This document shows, one piece after another, positions 50,691 to 50,918 of a stretch of DNA of 50,918 nucleotides. The notes below the pieces were generated by a model. It did not search any database, was not told where the DNA came from, and saw only the letters and a list, made by a program, of their open reading frames with translations. The position numbers and the translations under genes were made by a program. Location: the sequence record NC_029020.1; one strand, written 5' to 3'. Numbering within the stretch: position 1 is the first letter of the stretch; the number at the start of each line of letters is the position of its first letter.

Positions 50691-50909
50691 ATGAACCCCT
50701 TCGTAGTATTCTTCGTCGCGGTATTCCTGCTGATCCCGTTTTTACTGCTTACCATAGCTCTGGCTAACAACCTGACTGGAATCTTTTACGCGATAGACGG
50801 GAGCTCATTCGCACCAGTAGCAAACATAGTGAATTACATGTTGTGGGCGTTCGTGATCTTAGCGATAGCTCTGGTCGCAGTCTTAATAATCTACCGGAAA
50901 TACACCTAA
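50691..50909 (+). CDS. SSV VP1/VP3-like hydrophobic hairpin protein (candidate minor capsid protein)
   Basis: Two TM helices; LANNLTG and C-terminal LIIYRKYT resemble remembered VP1/VP3 QVNNLTSG and VAYKIYKD; lies directly upstream of the MCP gene if the genome is circular. Confidence 0.55.
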   Translation: MNPFVVFFVAVFLLIPFLLLTIALANNLTGIFYAIDGSSFAPVANIVNYMLWAFVILAIALVAVLIIYRKYT

Positions 50910-50918
50910 CGAGAACCG

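Noticed and set aside
1-50918. Virus-borne mini-CRISPR array
   Set aside because: I scanned by eye for Sulfolobales repeat ends (ATTGAAAG / CTTTCAAT) and for regularly spaced 24-37-bp repeats and found none. GCTAATCTTATGAAAG at ~46225 is only a partial look-alike overlapping a start codon.
32800-50918. AcrIII-1 (DUF1874) ring nuclease, common in related viruses
   Set aside because: No ORF shows the YLxNAFSxxM / GH signature.

Overview
The window looks like an essentially complete, probably circular ~51 kb genome of a large spindle-shaped Sulfolobales virus (Bicaudaviridae / monocaudavirus-like, related to ATV, STSV and SMV). Support: an adjacent MoxR-type AAA+ ATPase and vWA gene pair, a second classical AAA+ ATPase, two ATV p131-like helical proteins, hydrophobic helical-hairpin capsid-type proteins at both ends of the window, a giant Q-rich helical-repeat protein, large beta-rich membrane-anchored glycoproteins, a tyrosine recombinase, and Sulfolobus-type BRE/TATA promoters. 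The length and the scattered Ns fit a metagenome consensus such as SMV2; this is my recollection and is unchecked. About ten genes are split by single-base frameshifts that are most likely consensus errors. Positions 1-32.7 kb are mostly structural and morphogenesis genes, and 32.8-50.9 kb is an accessory/early region. The most notable signals are: (1) an exact 73-bp duplication of the integrase 3' end that brackets a nuclease plus primase-accessory cargo; (2) a family of palindromic operator-promoter cassettes driving small genes, one of which, together with a nearby paralog, resembles anti-CRISPR AcrID1; (3) a HUH Rep gene flanked by two homologous ori-like elements; (4) a second 12-bp palindromic motif at about a dozen promoter or origin sites; (5) a split gtrABC-like glycosylation system; (6) an Sm/Hfq-like protein and an orphan Panacea/SocA-like antitoxin. 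I found no CRISPR array, tRNA or rRNA. All family assignments come from motif reading and remembered sequences; no database searches were run.
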